A stretch of 14,628 nt of DNA from positions 1 through 14,628 of the forward strand of contig CAXHAT010000197.1 of the NCBI GenBank assembly GCA_964014485.1, given 5' to 3'. The position numbers and the translations under genes are program-made. Positions 1 to 7,380 of this stretch are shown here, piece by piece. Every line of letters begins with the position of its first letter. Position 1 is the stretch's first letter. This DNA is from an uncultured Deferribacteres bacterium (GTDB taxonomy: Bacteria; Zhuqueibacterota; Zhuqueibacteria; Zhuqueibacterales; Geothermadaptataceae). Under the pieces are notes generated by a model. That model saw nothing but the letters and a program-made list of their open reading frames with translations, did not search any database and was not told the DNA's origin.

Positions 1-78
1 CGGGACTCGACAAAAAACAAAACGTCATCTTCCCCGGAAGTGAACTTCCGGGCTATTTTCGACCGTCCCCGCTGGACT
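1..78. repeat. Right half of a REPIN-like nested palindromic repeat (TAGCC/GGCTA type), truncated by the window start
   Basis: Hairpin CCCGGAAGT-GA-ACTTCCGGG (33-52) ends in GGCTA. It is preceded by CGGGACT (1-7) and followed by CGTCCCCGCTGGACT (64-78). This is the same module order as the right halves of the repeats at 12818-13284. Confidence 0.7.
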
Positions 79-140
79 TTTAAAACAGCTTCTTAGCCTG
101 CCTTACGCAAAGTTTGAAAAGAATAAAAGGAGTCGTTGAT

Positions 141-932
141 TTGACAACTATTGGAAGTGTAGAAAGTTTATGGCGCTACCCGATTAAAAGTATGGGCGGC
201 GAGGAAGCGACCCAAGTTTTTATCGGTTTTTCGGGCGTCTACGGCGACCGCTGTTTCGCCTTCAAGAATTCAGCGTCACGCAAGGGCTTTCCTTATTTGA
301 GCGCAACCGTCCAGCAGAAAATGCTGTGCTACCGTCCAAAATTTCGCTATCCCGACAGAGCGGCAAAACCGCCGAATCTTGCTGAAGCGATGAGCATCGA
401 ACCTGGGGTCAATCCCGCCAACGCCGAACCGAACGACTTGATTTTGGACGTCGTGACGCCGTCAGGAGAAATCGTCGCTGTGGATGACCCGATATTGACA
501 GAAATGCTCTGTGAAGGATTGCGCGGTGAAAATAACCTGACGCTCGTTCGCTCAGACCGTGCGTTGACCGACTGCCGCCCGGTTTCATTGATTAGCCTGC
601 AAACCGTCCGACAGATCGAAGCGGAGTTGGGCATACCGATTGATAAACGACGCTTTCGAGCAAACATCTACCTTGATCTCACATCAGACAACGGCTTTGC
701 CGAAGATGCGTTGGTAGGGCGAAGATTGCGCATTGGCCCAAAGGCGGAGATTATGGTTTTGGAGCGCGATCCGCGTTGCAAGATGATTTCGCTCGATCCC
801 GACACTGGCGATCACAACCCGGAAGTTTTGCGCAAAGTCGCCCAAGCGCACGCCAATTTTGCCGGCGTCTATTGCGCCGTTCTGGTCGAAGGATTATTGG
901 CGAAAGGCGATTCAATTGAACTGTTGGACTAA
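141..932 (+). CDS. MOSC domain-containing protein (MOSC N-terminal beta-barrel plus MOSC domain)
   Basis: Motifs LWRYPIKSMGGE, GDRCFA, RRFRANI and RCKMISLDPDTG (conserved Cys). Start moved from 114 to the in-frame TTG at 141 because AGGAG lies at 128-132. Confidence 0.88.
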   Translation: MTTIGSVESLWRYPIKSMGGEEATQVFIGFSGVYGDRCFAFKNSASRKGFPYLSATVQQKMLCYRPKFRYPDRAAKPPNLAEAMSIEPGVNPANAEPNDLILDVVTPSGEIVAVDDPILTEMLCEGLRGENNLTLVRSDRALTDCRPVSLISLQTVRQIEAELGIPIDKRRFRANIYLDLTSDNGFAEDALVGRRLRIGPKAEIMVLERDPRCKMISLDPDTGDHNPEVLRKVAQAHANFAGVYCAVLVEGLLAKGDSIELLD

Positions 933-965
933 AAACACGAATTGAGCAAAAGATTAACCGTTTGT

Positions 966-1601
966 ATGTCACAATCCAGAAACGATATTCGGCGAGCCTA
1001 CGATTTGGCAAGCGGAGCGTACGCTCGTCAATTCGCCAATGAGCTCGAACACAAACCCGCTGACGTCACGCTGTTGCGACAATTTGCATCGTTGGTCGGC
1101 GACGGCGGCTTGGTCCTTGATCTTGGCTGCGGGCCGGGCCATACCACGGCGCATCTCGCTTCGTTGGGACTGCGACCGACCGGCGTCGATCTGTCTCCAC
1201 AAATGATCGCGCAAGCAACGCGCCTGTTTCCAAATGTAGATTTCAAAGTTGGCGATTTCTTGCAACTGCCGGATCAAGACGGCCCGGCCTCAGGCGTTCT
1301 CGCCTTCTACTGCATCGTTCATCTGCGCCCGGATCAGCTCGAGTCTGCGTTCAGCGAGATGTTTCGCGTGCTCAAATCCAGCGGCGTTCTTTTGTTGGCG
1401 TTCCATATTGGCTCAGACACAGTGTTCAAAGACAATTTTCTGGATAGCGGCGCCTCGCTTGAATTCTCGACGTTTCCCGCAGCAGAGGTTCAATCTGCAC
1501 TGCTTGCGGTTGGGTTTACAGATGTCGAGATTCACGAACGTCCGCCGTATGATACAGAATATCCAACGAATCGCTGTTACATCTTTGCACGCAAACCATA
1601 A
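966..1601 (+). CDS. Class I SAM-dependent methyltransferase
   Basis: Motif I VLDLGCGPG, GVDLSPQMI and EMFRVLKSSGVLLL. ATG at 966 preferred over TTG at 942. Confidence 0.92.
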   Translation: MSQSRNDIRRAYDLASGAYARQFANELEHKPADVTLLRQFASLVGDGGLVLDLGCGPGHTTAHLASLGLRPTGVDLSPQMIAQATRLFPNVDFKVGDFLQLPDQDGPASGVLAFYCIVHLRPDQLESAFSEMFRVLKSSGVLLLAFHIGSDTVFKDNFLDSGASLEFSTFPAAEVQSALLAVGFTDVEIHERPPYDTEYPTNRCYIFARKP

Positions 1602-1612
1602 GGAAAGAATTC

Positions 1613-1813
1613 ATGAAGCAGTACAAACTCGAGTCTCTCATCTACTACTCAAAAGTCACTTTGGACAAAGAACACATTATCAAATCGTCTTCTCGCGACA
1701 TCCAGGCCAAGCTTGATGAATACGCTGCGGACGGCTGGCGGCTGATTTCCACCGACGCGACTGATTTTGGCTTCGCCGTCTATTTTTATCTTTACTTCGA
1801 AAAGGACGCTTAA
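1613..1813 (+). CDS. Small DUF4177-like protein
   Basis: 66 aa with N-terminal YK, LDEYAADGWRLIS and C-terminal YFEK, matching the DUF4177 pattern. AAGGAA lies upstream. Confidence 0.75.
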   Translation: MKQYKLESLIYYSKVTLDKEHIIKSSSRDIQAKLDEYAADGWRLISTDATDFGFAVYFYLYFEKDA

Positions 1814-1948
1814 ATAAAAGCTTAATTCACGATTTGCCGCTTTTCCGCGATGCGTCCTGTCCCGACTTCGAAACAAACCCGAAATTTCAACAAGTCGCGA
1901 CGCCAGGTTTGACGGATAAAAATTCAAAAACCGAAGGGAGCGAGAGAA

Positions 1949-2527
1949 ATGTCTTCTGATGAAAAAACCTGCCAGATGAAAGTCGTTTTAAGGGGAAGCA
2001 AACCGCCGATCTGGAGGCGGCTGTGGGTCTCCCCGAGTTCAAGCTTGTTTGATTTGCACAAAATCATTCAGACAGCGATGGGCTGGGTAGGCGGTCATTT
2101 ACACCAGTTCACCATAGACGGCCAGGAGTACAGCATCCCCAGTGACGACGATTGGGAGCCCGTCATGGATGAAAGGCGAGTCCGGATTGCGGAAATTAGT
2201 CCGGTTGAGGGACGAAAATTCTTTTACCTCTATGATTTTGGGGACTCATGGGAACACGAAATCATCATTGAGAAAACCTTGCCCGCGGTTCCCAACGTTC
2301 AATATCCTTGCTGCGTAAAAGGGAAGCGCGCCTGCCCCCCGGAAGACGTTGGCGGCGTATGGGGTTTTGCGGAATTTTTGGAAGCCATGAACGACCCGGA
2401 ACACGAAGAGCACGAATCCTATCTGGAATGGTTTGGCGGAGAATTCGATCCGGAAGCGTTCGATCTGCAAGAAACGAATCTGGCTCTACGGCATATCGAT
2501 CAAAAGGAATGGTGGGAAGACATTTAA
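1949..2527 (+). CDS. Plasmid pRiA4b ORF-3 family protein
   Basis: Motifs KPPIWRRL, LHKIIQTAMGW...HLHQF, YLYDFGDSWEH, GKRACPPEDVGGVWG and FDPEAFD. GGGAG upstream. Confidence 0.92.
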   Translation: MSSDEKTCQMKVVLRGSKPPIWRRLWVSPSSSLFDLHKIIQTAMGWVGGHLHQFTIDGQEYSIPSDDDWEPVMDERRVRIAEISPVEGRKFFYLYDFGDSWEHEIIIEKTLPAVPNVQYPCCVKGKRACPPEDVGGVWGFAEFLEAMNDPEHEEHESYLEWFGGEFDPEAFDLQETNLALRHIDQKEWWEDI

Positions 2528-2875
2528 CCGACATTCCGCACGTTAATCGGCGCATTTGAAATCATTTGTTGACGGAATGCTTTTCCGACGATTTTGGCTT
2601 GTTTGCAATTTACAGGCGCACCTGATATGGTTTTGTTTTTCATTAGCCCCGGTTTTCAAGCCGGGGTTTTGGTAAAATCACTCCCATTTTCTCCCGCTGA
2701 GTTGACTCGGCGGGAGAAAAAAAAGAGCGTCCGACCGGCTCCACGCGCTGAAGCGCGCGGCTAATGAGACGTCCGGGCAGTCAGGACTGAACGATCCGGA
2801 ATTCGCCAACAAGTCTCCTAAAGGACGGTGCTAATAAGAAAAGGGAATTTTCAAATCTCGTATGCGGAATGTCGG
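2528..2875. mobile_element. MITE-like element A (348 bp) with perfect 13-bp TIRs, enclosing a REPIN
   Basis: CCGACATTCCGCA (2528-2540) and TGCGGAATGTCGG (2863-2875). Flanks ATTTAA (2522-2527) and ATTTGA (2876-2881) match 5/6. No credible ORF inside. Confidence 0.7.
2640..2767. repeat. REPIN-like doublet (TAGCC/GGCTA type) with central hairpin
   Basis: TCATTAGCC (2640-2648) pairs with GGCTAATGA (2759-2767). Each end carries a GC-rich hairpin (CCCCGGTTTTCAAGCCGGGG; CCACGCGCTGAAGCGCGCGG). Central stem TTTTCTCCCGCTGAGT-TG-ACTCGGCGGGAGAAAA at 2687-2720. Confidence 0.8.
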
Positions 2876-2908
2876 ATTTGAAGTCTCCAGCGGTAACTAT
2901 CTGAAAAT

Positions 2909-4342
2909 TCAGCGTTTCAAAAAGCTGTGCGCGTAGCCGCCAAATATTGTAACTGAAGCGCCGATAAGCACAAACCACGGCCAGGCAATCGCCGTCTCAC
3001 TCAGCCAAATAAAAAACATCACTGCAACGCCCGTGAACATGGCGGCAATAGCCATCGTTGCATCGACGTTTTTGAACCAGCGCGCTAAAAGGAAAATCCC
3101 GAGCAGCCCGCCGTAAGTGAAGCTCGCCACCGCCAACCCGGTCTCCAGAACATTGCCCCAACTGCCCGCGAAAATGGCGGTGACCACCAACAACCCTCCC
3201 CAAAAAATGGTGGATAAACGCGAAATTTTCAATTCCAACACCGCATCCCAACTTTGCGCCCAGCGCGTCGATTTTAGCCAATCGACAACGGTTGACGAGC
3301 CAAGCGCGTTGAGCGAAGAACTGAGCGTCGACATGGCGGCGGCAAAAATAGCGGCGATGATCAGTCCGCCGACGCCGGGCGGCAATTCGTTGGCGATAAA
3401 CAACGGGAAAATTTCATCATTTCGCGAGACGGACAATTTCTCTGGAAAAGCTTGATAAAAGGCAAAAAGCAAAACGCCCATAAATAGAAAAAATATAAAT
3501 TGCACGATGACAAAAACCCCGGAGCCGACGATGGCTTTTTGGCTGTCTCTCAAGTTGCGGCAACCCAAAAGCCGTTGCACCATAAGTTGGTCTATGCCGT
3601 GCGAGGCCAACCCAAAAACAGTTCCCCCGATAATCCCCGACCAAATAGTGTAGCTTTTTGAAAAGTCAAAATCAAAATCCAGCCATTCCAGCTTTCCCGC
3701 CGTTCCAGCGAGGCTCATCGCTTGATCCCAGCCGCCCGGAAGTCTGTCGACAATAATCAACATTGCGATTCCGGCTCCTGTGAGATAAACCAGGAACTGG
3801 ATCACGTCAAGCCAAACGACGGCTTTTAGCCCGCCGAAATAAGTGTATAAAATCGTGACCGCGCAGATTAAGCCGATGGAAACGGGATAGCTCAAACCGG
3901 TGAGAATTTTGAGCGGGATGGCAGTGGCGAAAAGACGAACGCCGTCGGCAAGCAAGCGCGTGACCATGAAAATGCCGGAGGACGCCTTGCGTGCATTGTC
4001 GCCGAAGCGTTGGTAAATAAAATCGTAGGCCGTGGTCGCATTTTGGGAAAAATAGCCGGGCAAAAAAATGAGCGCGACCAAAATGCGCGCCAGCAAATAG
4101 CCGAGCGTGATTTGTAGAAACATCAAATTGCTGCCGTAGGCCAGCGCCGGAATGCCGATAAACGTCAACGTCGACGTTTCAGTCGCAACGACGGACAGAC
4201 TAACGGCAAGCCACGGCAGTTCGCGATTGCCCAGAAAATAATCCTGTGAGGAGCGCTGCGATCTGGCAAAATAAAAACCGAGTCCGGCGCTGGCGCAAAC
4301 GTAGACGACGAAAATGAAATAATCTATTGTGGAAAAGCCCAT
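2909..4342 (-). CDS. Sodium:solute symporter (SSS/SLC5 family)
   Basis: Motifs DYFLGNRELPW, SVVATETSTLTFIGIP, YTYFGGLKAVVWLDVIQF, DQLMVQRLL and AAAMSTLSSSLN, with many TM segments. ATG 4342 (MGFSTIDY) chosen because the ORF-track start at 4387 lies inside a TIR. Confidence 0.95.
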   Translation of the reverse strand: MGFSTIDYFIFVVYVCASAGLGFYFARSQRSSQDYFLGNRELPWLAVSLSVVATETSTLTFIGIPALAYGSNLMFLQITLGYLLARILVALIFLPGYFSQNATTAYDFIYQRFGDNARKASSGIFMVTRLLADGVRLFATAIPLKILTGLSYPVSIGLICAVTILYTYFGGLKAVVWLDVIQFLVYLTGAGIAMLIIVDRLPGGWDQAMSLAGTAGKLEWLDFDFDFSKSYTIWSGIIGGTVFGLASHGIDQLMVQRLLGCRNLRDSQKAIVGSGVFVIVQFIFFLFMGVLLFAFYQAFPEKLSVSRNDEIFPLFIANELPPGVGGLIIAAIFAAAMSTLSSSLNALGSSTVVDWLKSTRWAQSWDAVLELKISRLSTIFWGGLLVVTAIFAGSWGNVLETGLAVASFTYGGLLGIFLLARWFKNVDATMAIAAMFTGVAVMFFIWLSETAIAWPWFVLIGASVTIFGGYAHSFLKR

Positions 4343-4373
4343 ATCCGAAACAAACGACGTTTTATAGTTATTA

Positions 4374-4545
4374 CTAACATTTCTCACTTCGTTTTAGATG
4401 CTATAAACTTCTATTTGTAATAACTTTAGACTCAGGCGTTCAGTGATAATCTTCGAACAATGCTTGAGCGTGACCCTGGTTTCTGTTTTTCATTCTTTGC
4501 CTGAAAAACTATGAATTAGCCTCAATTTGAAGTGAGAAATGTTAG
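4374..4545. mobile_element. MITE-like element B (172 bp) with perfect 17-bp TIRs and 6-bp TSD
   Basis: CTAACATTTCTCACTTC (4374-4390) and GAAGTGAGAAATGTTAG (4529-4545). TTATTA on both sides (4368-4373, 4546-4551). An 18-bp TIR with a 4-bp TATT duplication is an equivalent reading. Confidence 0.85.
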
Positions 4546-4555
4546 TTATTATTAA

Positions 4556-4731
4556 CTGATGTTACGCACGCCGAAAACATAAGGAGTGCAAAGCTTGCTT
4601 TGCCTTTCACTCGCCGCCGACAAGAAAAGCGGCGAATTCAGACTTCTTGGCGCAGAAGTTCGAAAATATCCGCAACTGAATAGCAAGGCAAGCCTTGCAC
4701 TCCATTTTCTGTATGATCCGCGTAACATCAG
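4556..4731. mobile_element. MITE-like element C (176 bp) with 12-bp TIRs and 7-bp TSD, enclosing a GGAGTGC-type REP doublet
   Basis: CTGATGTTACGC (4556-4567) and GCGTAACATCAG (4720-4731). TTATTAA at 4549-4555 and 4732-4738. Confidence 0.85.
4583..4703. repeat. REP doublet (GGAGTGC type), copy 1, inside element C
   Basis: GGAGTGCAAAGCTTGCTTTGC (4583-4603) inverted against GCAAGGCAAGCCTTGCACTCC (4683-4703). Each unit is itself a hairpin. Confidence 0.85.
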
Positions 4732-4754
4732 TTATTAATTGGAATGGCGGCAAA

Positions 4755-4859
4755 GAGTGCAAAGCTTGCTTTTCAAGCCGCCTGAAGAAAAAACACGGAA
4801 ATACTTGAACAAAAATATTCAAAGCCTTCAACGAATCAGCAAGGCAAGCCTTGCACTCC
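4755..4859. repeat. REP doublet (GGAGTGC type), copy 2, outside element C
   Basis: GAGTGCAAAGCTTGCTTTTC (4755-4774) and GCAAGGCAAGCCTTGCACTCC (4839-4859). The latter is identical to 4683-4703. Confidence 0.85.
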
Positions 4860-4887
4860 TTTTCCTGAGTTCCATTCGCAGCTTGAA

Positions 4888-5436
4888 TCATTCCTGCGCA
4901 ACATACCGCCCTTCAAAAAGCATAATATTTTGGTGCTCGCCTTCGCCGTAAACGCCGACGCCGTCGATGAAATATGTTCTTTTCCCGTTAATCACAGCGA
5001 CATATTCTTTGAATGATTCCTGCAGGTTTGATGCAGGAATTTTGCGCCACCAGGTCAGCCGCCCGGCATCGTACGTGCCGAAATGGGTCGTCTCTTCGCC
5101 GGAGCGTTTTTTCACCACGCAAAAAAGCGTATCGTTGCGCACGAAGTTTTGCGCGTCAGACATTTCAACCCGTCCGTCGCTGAAAGTATCGCTAAAAACG
5201 CCCTTTTGCACCTCGCCGTCCCACCAATATTTTTGATGTACAACGAGCGAATCGATAAACGTGCCGTCTTGCTTGTACATTTTAAACACGCCGCGCCACT
5301 CGCCGTCGAACGGGCCAAAAACCTCGCGCGCTCGCGTATCTTGCTGCGCTTGTGCGGAACACCCGAGCATCAGTGCAAAAATGAAAAGGCGAAAGATAAA
5401 AAATGCTTCTGCCCTTCCGAATTGGTCATGTCTCAT
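4888..5436 (-). CDS. Hypothetical exported protein, possibly a lipoprotein, beta-rich
   Basis: 182 aa ORF starting 1 bp after the upstream gene's stop. Hydrophobic N-terminus ends in LMLGC then AQA. FDGEWRG and alternating beta-strand patterns suggest a lipocalin-like barrel (inference). Confidence 0.7.
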   Translation of the reverse strand: MRHDQFGRAEAFFIFRLFIFALMLGCSAQAQQDTRAREVFGPFDGEWRGVFKMYKQDGTFIDSLVVHQKYWWDGEVQKGVFSDTFSDGRVEMSDAQNFVRNDTLFCVVKKRSGEETTHFGTYDAGRLTWWRKIPASNLQESFKEYVAVINGKRTYFIDGVGVYGEGEHQNIMLFEGRYVAQE

Positions 5437-5437
5437 T

Positions 5438-6304
5438 CTAAAATGTCAAAGCATTTAGGTGGTTGAAGCTCGCCTCAATGCTCGCGAACGGGTCTTCGGG
5501 GCGATCATGCTCGACAAAATAATGCGTCAATCCGGCTTGCTCAGACTTCGCGAAAATTTGCGAAAAGTCGATTTGCCCTTTGCCGACGTCAACCATATTG
5601 CCGTCTTCCGTCATGTCTTTGACGTGGCACAATTTAAAGCGCCCGGCATGTTCCTGAAAGTACTTGAACGGGTCGTGACCGGCTTTTGCAATCCAGAACA
5701 AATCGATTTCTATGTCGACAAGGGCGGCGTCCGCTTCGGCGAGCAAAATATCGAAAGGCAGTTGTTCTTCAACGGCTTCAAACTCAAAATCGTGGTTATG
5801 ATAGCCAAACCTCAATCCCGCTTCCCGGCATTTTTCCCCGGCTTTATTTAAATCAGCCGCGAGCTGCTTCCAAGAGTCAGCCGTCGCGAATTGCGCTATG
5901 TTGACCCAGGGACAAATCAAATATTTGTGTCCGACGATCTGCGCCGTCTCAATCAATTGATCGATATTATTTTGAACAGCCGGTAGTTGCACATGCACCG
6001 CCGGGGCCGTCAAACCGACTTCATCGAGCAACGCACGAACGTCTTCTGGTTTGCGATTGTAGTATCCAGCAAATTCCACTTCCTTGTAGCCGATCTCGGC
6101 AACTTTCCGAATCGATCCTTCAAAATCTTCCGCCATTTTGCTGCGGATCGTATAAAGCTGCACGCCAATTTTTTCAAGTTTTCGAGCCGTTTCTCCCGCA
6201 GCGTTTTGCGAGCCGGTTTCGCTGCTTTGGCAACCGACGTTCGCCAGATATACCCCGCCTGCAACGGCCGTCGCGGATTTTGCTAAAAATGTTCTTCTTT
6301 TCAT
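5438..6304 (-). CDS. Tat-signal sugar phosphate isomerase/epimerase (xylose isomerase-like TIM barrel)
   Basis: Tat motif KRRTFL; IGVQLYTIR, GYKEVEFAG, GYHNHDFEF, HVKD, VGKGQIDF and FVEHD. RBS GAGGGAG upstream. Confidence 0.92.
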   Translation of the reverse strand: MKRRTFLAKSATAVAGGVYLANVGCQSSETGSQNAAGETARKLEKIGVQLYTIRSKMAEDFEGSIRKVAEIGYKEVEFAGYYNRKPEDVRALLDEVGLTAPAVHVQLPAVQNNIDQLIETAQIVGHKYLICPWVNIAQFATADSWKQLAADLNKAGEKCREAGLRFGYHNHDFEFEAVEEQLPFDILLAEADAALVDIEIDLFWIAKAGHDPFKYFQEHAGRFKLCHVKDMTEDGNMVDVGKGQIDFSQIFAKSEQAGLTHYFVEHDRPEDPFASIEASFNHLNALTF

Positions 6305-6367
6305 TCTCCCTCACTCTCAAAAAATTTCCAAAACGTTCTTTCAAAAGCCCCGACAAATAAAACGCAT

Positions 6368-7357
6368 TCACGAAGAAGCACAAGGGGAATCCTCCGGTTT
6401 AGGCAAAGAAAAATCTTCATCTTGAGGCTTCGTTTTCGCTTTTGAAACGGGCTCCCGCATTTTCGGTTTGGAGGACAAAACGAGTATCACGGCAAGCACA
6501 ATCAGCCCCAACGCAACAAAAGAACTGGCCGAAACTTGCTCGTCCGCCAGCAGCCAGCCAAGGAAAACAGCGACGGCGGGATTGACAAATGCGTAAGTCG
6601 TCGCTTTGGACGCGCTCGTGTTTTGAAGGAGCCAATAGAAAGCGGAAAGCGCGACAACCGACCCAAAAACGATAAGATAGAGTAACGCCCAAAGCGATTC
6701 TTCGGAAACGTTGCTCCACGAAAATTGATCTGTTTCACCGACAACCAATCCGACGATAATGAGCAAAACGCCGCCGCAAATCATCTGTATTGCGCCGCTC
6801 AAAAAGCTCGATTTGGGCAGCGGCGCACGTTTCGAATAAATCGATCCGGCAGCCCAGAGCAGCGCCGCCAAAACAATCGTCATACTTCCGATGAAATCGG
6901 CGTTCCCCGCTTCATCGAAAGGGTTTAACAAGAGCAGCAGCCCGATCATGCCGAACACAATGCCCGCTCCGTTTTTCACGGTCAACTTTGCGCCAAGGAA
7001 CAGCCATTCCATAAAAAAAATCCACAATGGACTTGTCGCCACAAGCGTAGCCGCCAAGCCTGACGAAACGTATTTTTCCGCCCAGGAAACCAGGCCGTTG
7101 CCGCCGAGCAGCAGCAGTCCGCCTAAAATGAACGCGGTTTTCCAGTGTTGCGTCGTCAATCGTTCGGATGTTCGGCTGCGCATAAACAAAAACAAAGCTA
7201 CGCCCGCGACAAGGAACCGCACACCTGCCATTAAAAACGGCGGCAGCGTTTCGACGGCGAATCGGATCGCCAGGTACGTCGAACCCCAAATCACGTAAAC
7301 TGACGCAAAAGCGAGTATAAATTTTAGGCGTGGAGAATGATCAGCGGAAATACTCAT
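6368..7357 (-). CDS. yedA: EamA/DMT-family transporter, YedA-like
   Basis: VYVIWGSTYLAIR, PPFLMAGVRFLVAG, GGLLLLGGNG and YAFVNPAVAVFLG; about 10 TM segments. ATG 7357 with GAGG 6 nt upstream. Confidence 0.88.
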   Translation of the reverse strand: MSISADHSPRLKFILAFASVYVIWGSTYLAIRFAVETLPPFLMAGVRFLVAGVALFLFMRSRTSERLTTQHWKTAFILGGLLLLGGNGLVSWAEKYVSSGLAATLVATSPLWIFFMEWLFLGAKLTVKNGAGIVFGMIGLLLLLNPFDEAGNADFIGSMTIVLAALLWAAGSIYSKRAPLPKSSFLSGAIQMICGGVLLIIVGLVVGETDQFSWSNVSEESLWALLYLIVFGSVVALSAFYWLLQNTSASKATTYAFVNPAVAVFLGWLLADEQVSASSFVALGLIVLAVILVLSSKPKMREPVSKAKTKPQDEDFSLPKPEDSPCASS

Positions 7358-7380
7358 CAACAACCTCGCGAATTATTTCA

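Noticed and set aside
141..2548. Integron cassette array (four unrelated co-oriented genes; ATTTAAC...GTTAATC after the last)
   Set aside because: Spacers of 33 and 11 bp are too short for attC sites. The AAC/GTT pair spans only 27 bp and overlaps the TIR of element A. No integrase is present.
2687..2724. Intrinsic terminator between convergent genes
   Set aside because: On both strands the T-run precedes the hairpin and an A-run follows it, the wrong polarity. It is better explained as the REPIN centre.
2855..2865. ATCTCGTATGC matching the start of the Illumina P7 adapter
   Set aside because: Only 11 bp match, and the sequence continues into the TIR of element A rather than CGTCTTCTGCTTG. 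Likely coincidence.
4583..4859. CRISPR array (four ~21-bp repeats)
   Set aside because: Repeats alternate in orientation, spacers are unequal and partly homologous, and no cas genes are present.
4607..4951. Short ORFs 4607-4891 (-, ECKACLA twice) and 4739-4951 (+)
   Set aside because: The repeated CxxC-like peptide is just the translated REP. The ORFs cross element boundaries and overlap a real gene.
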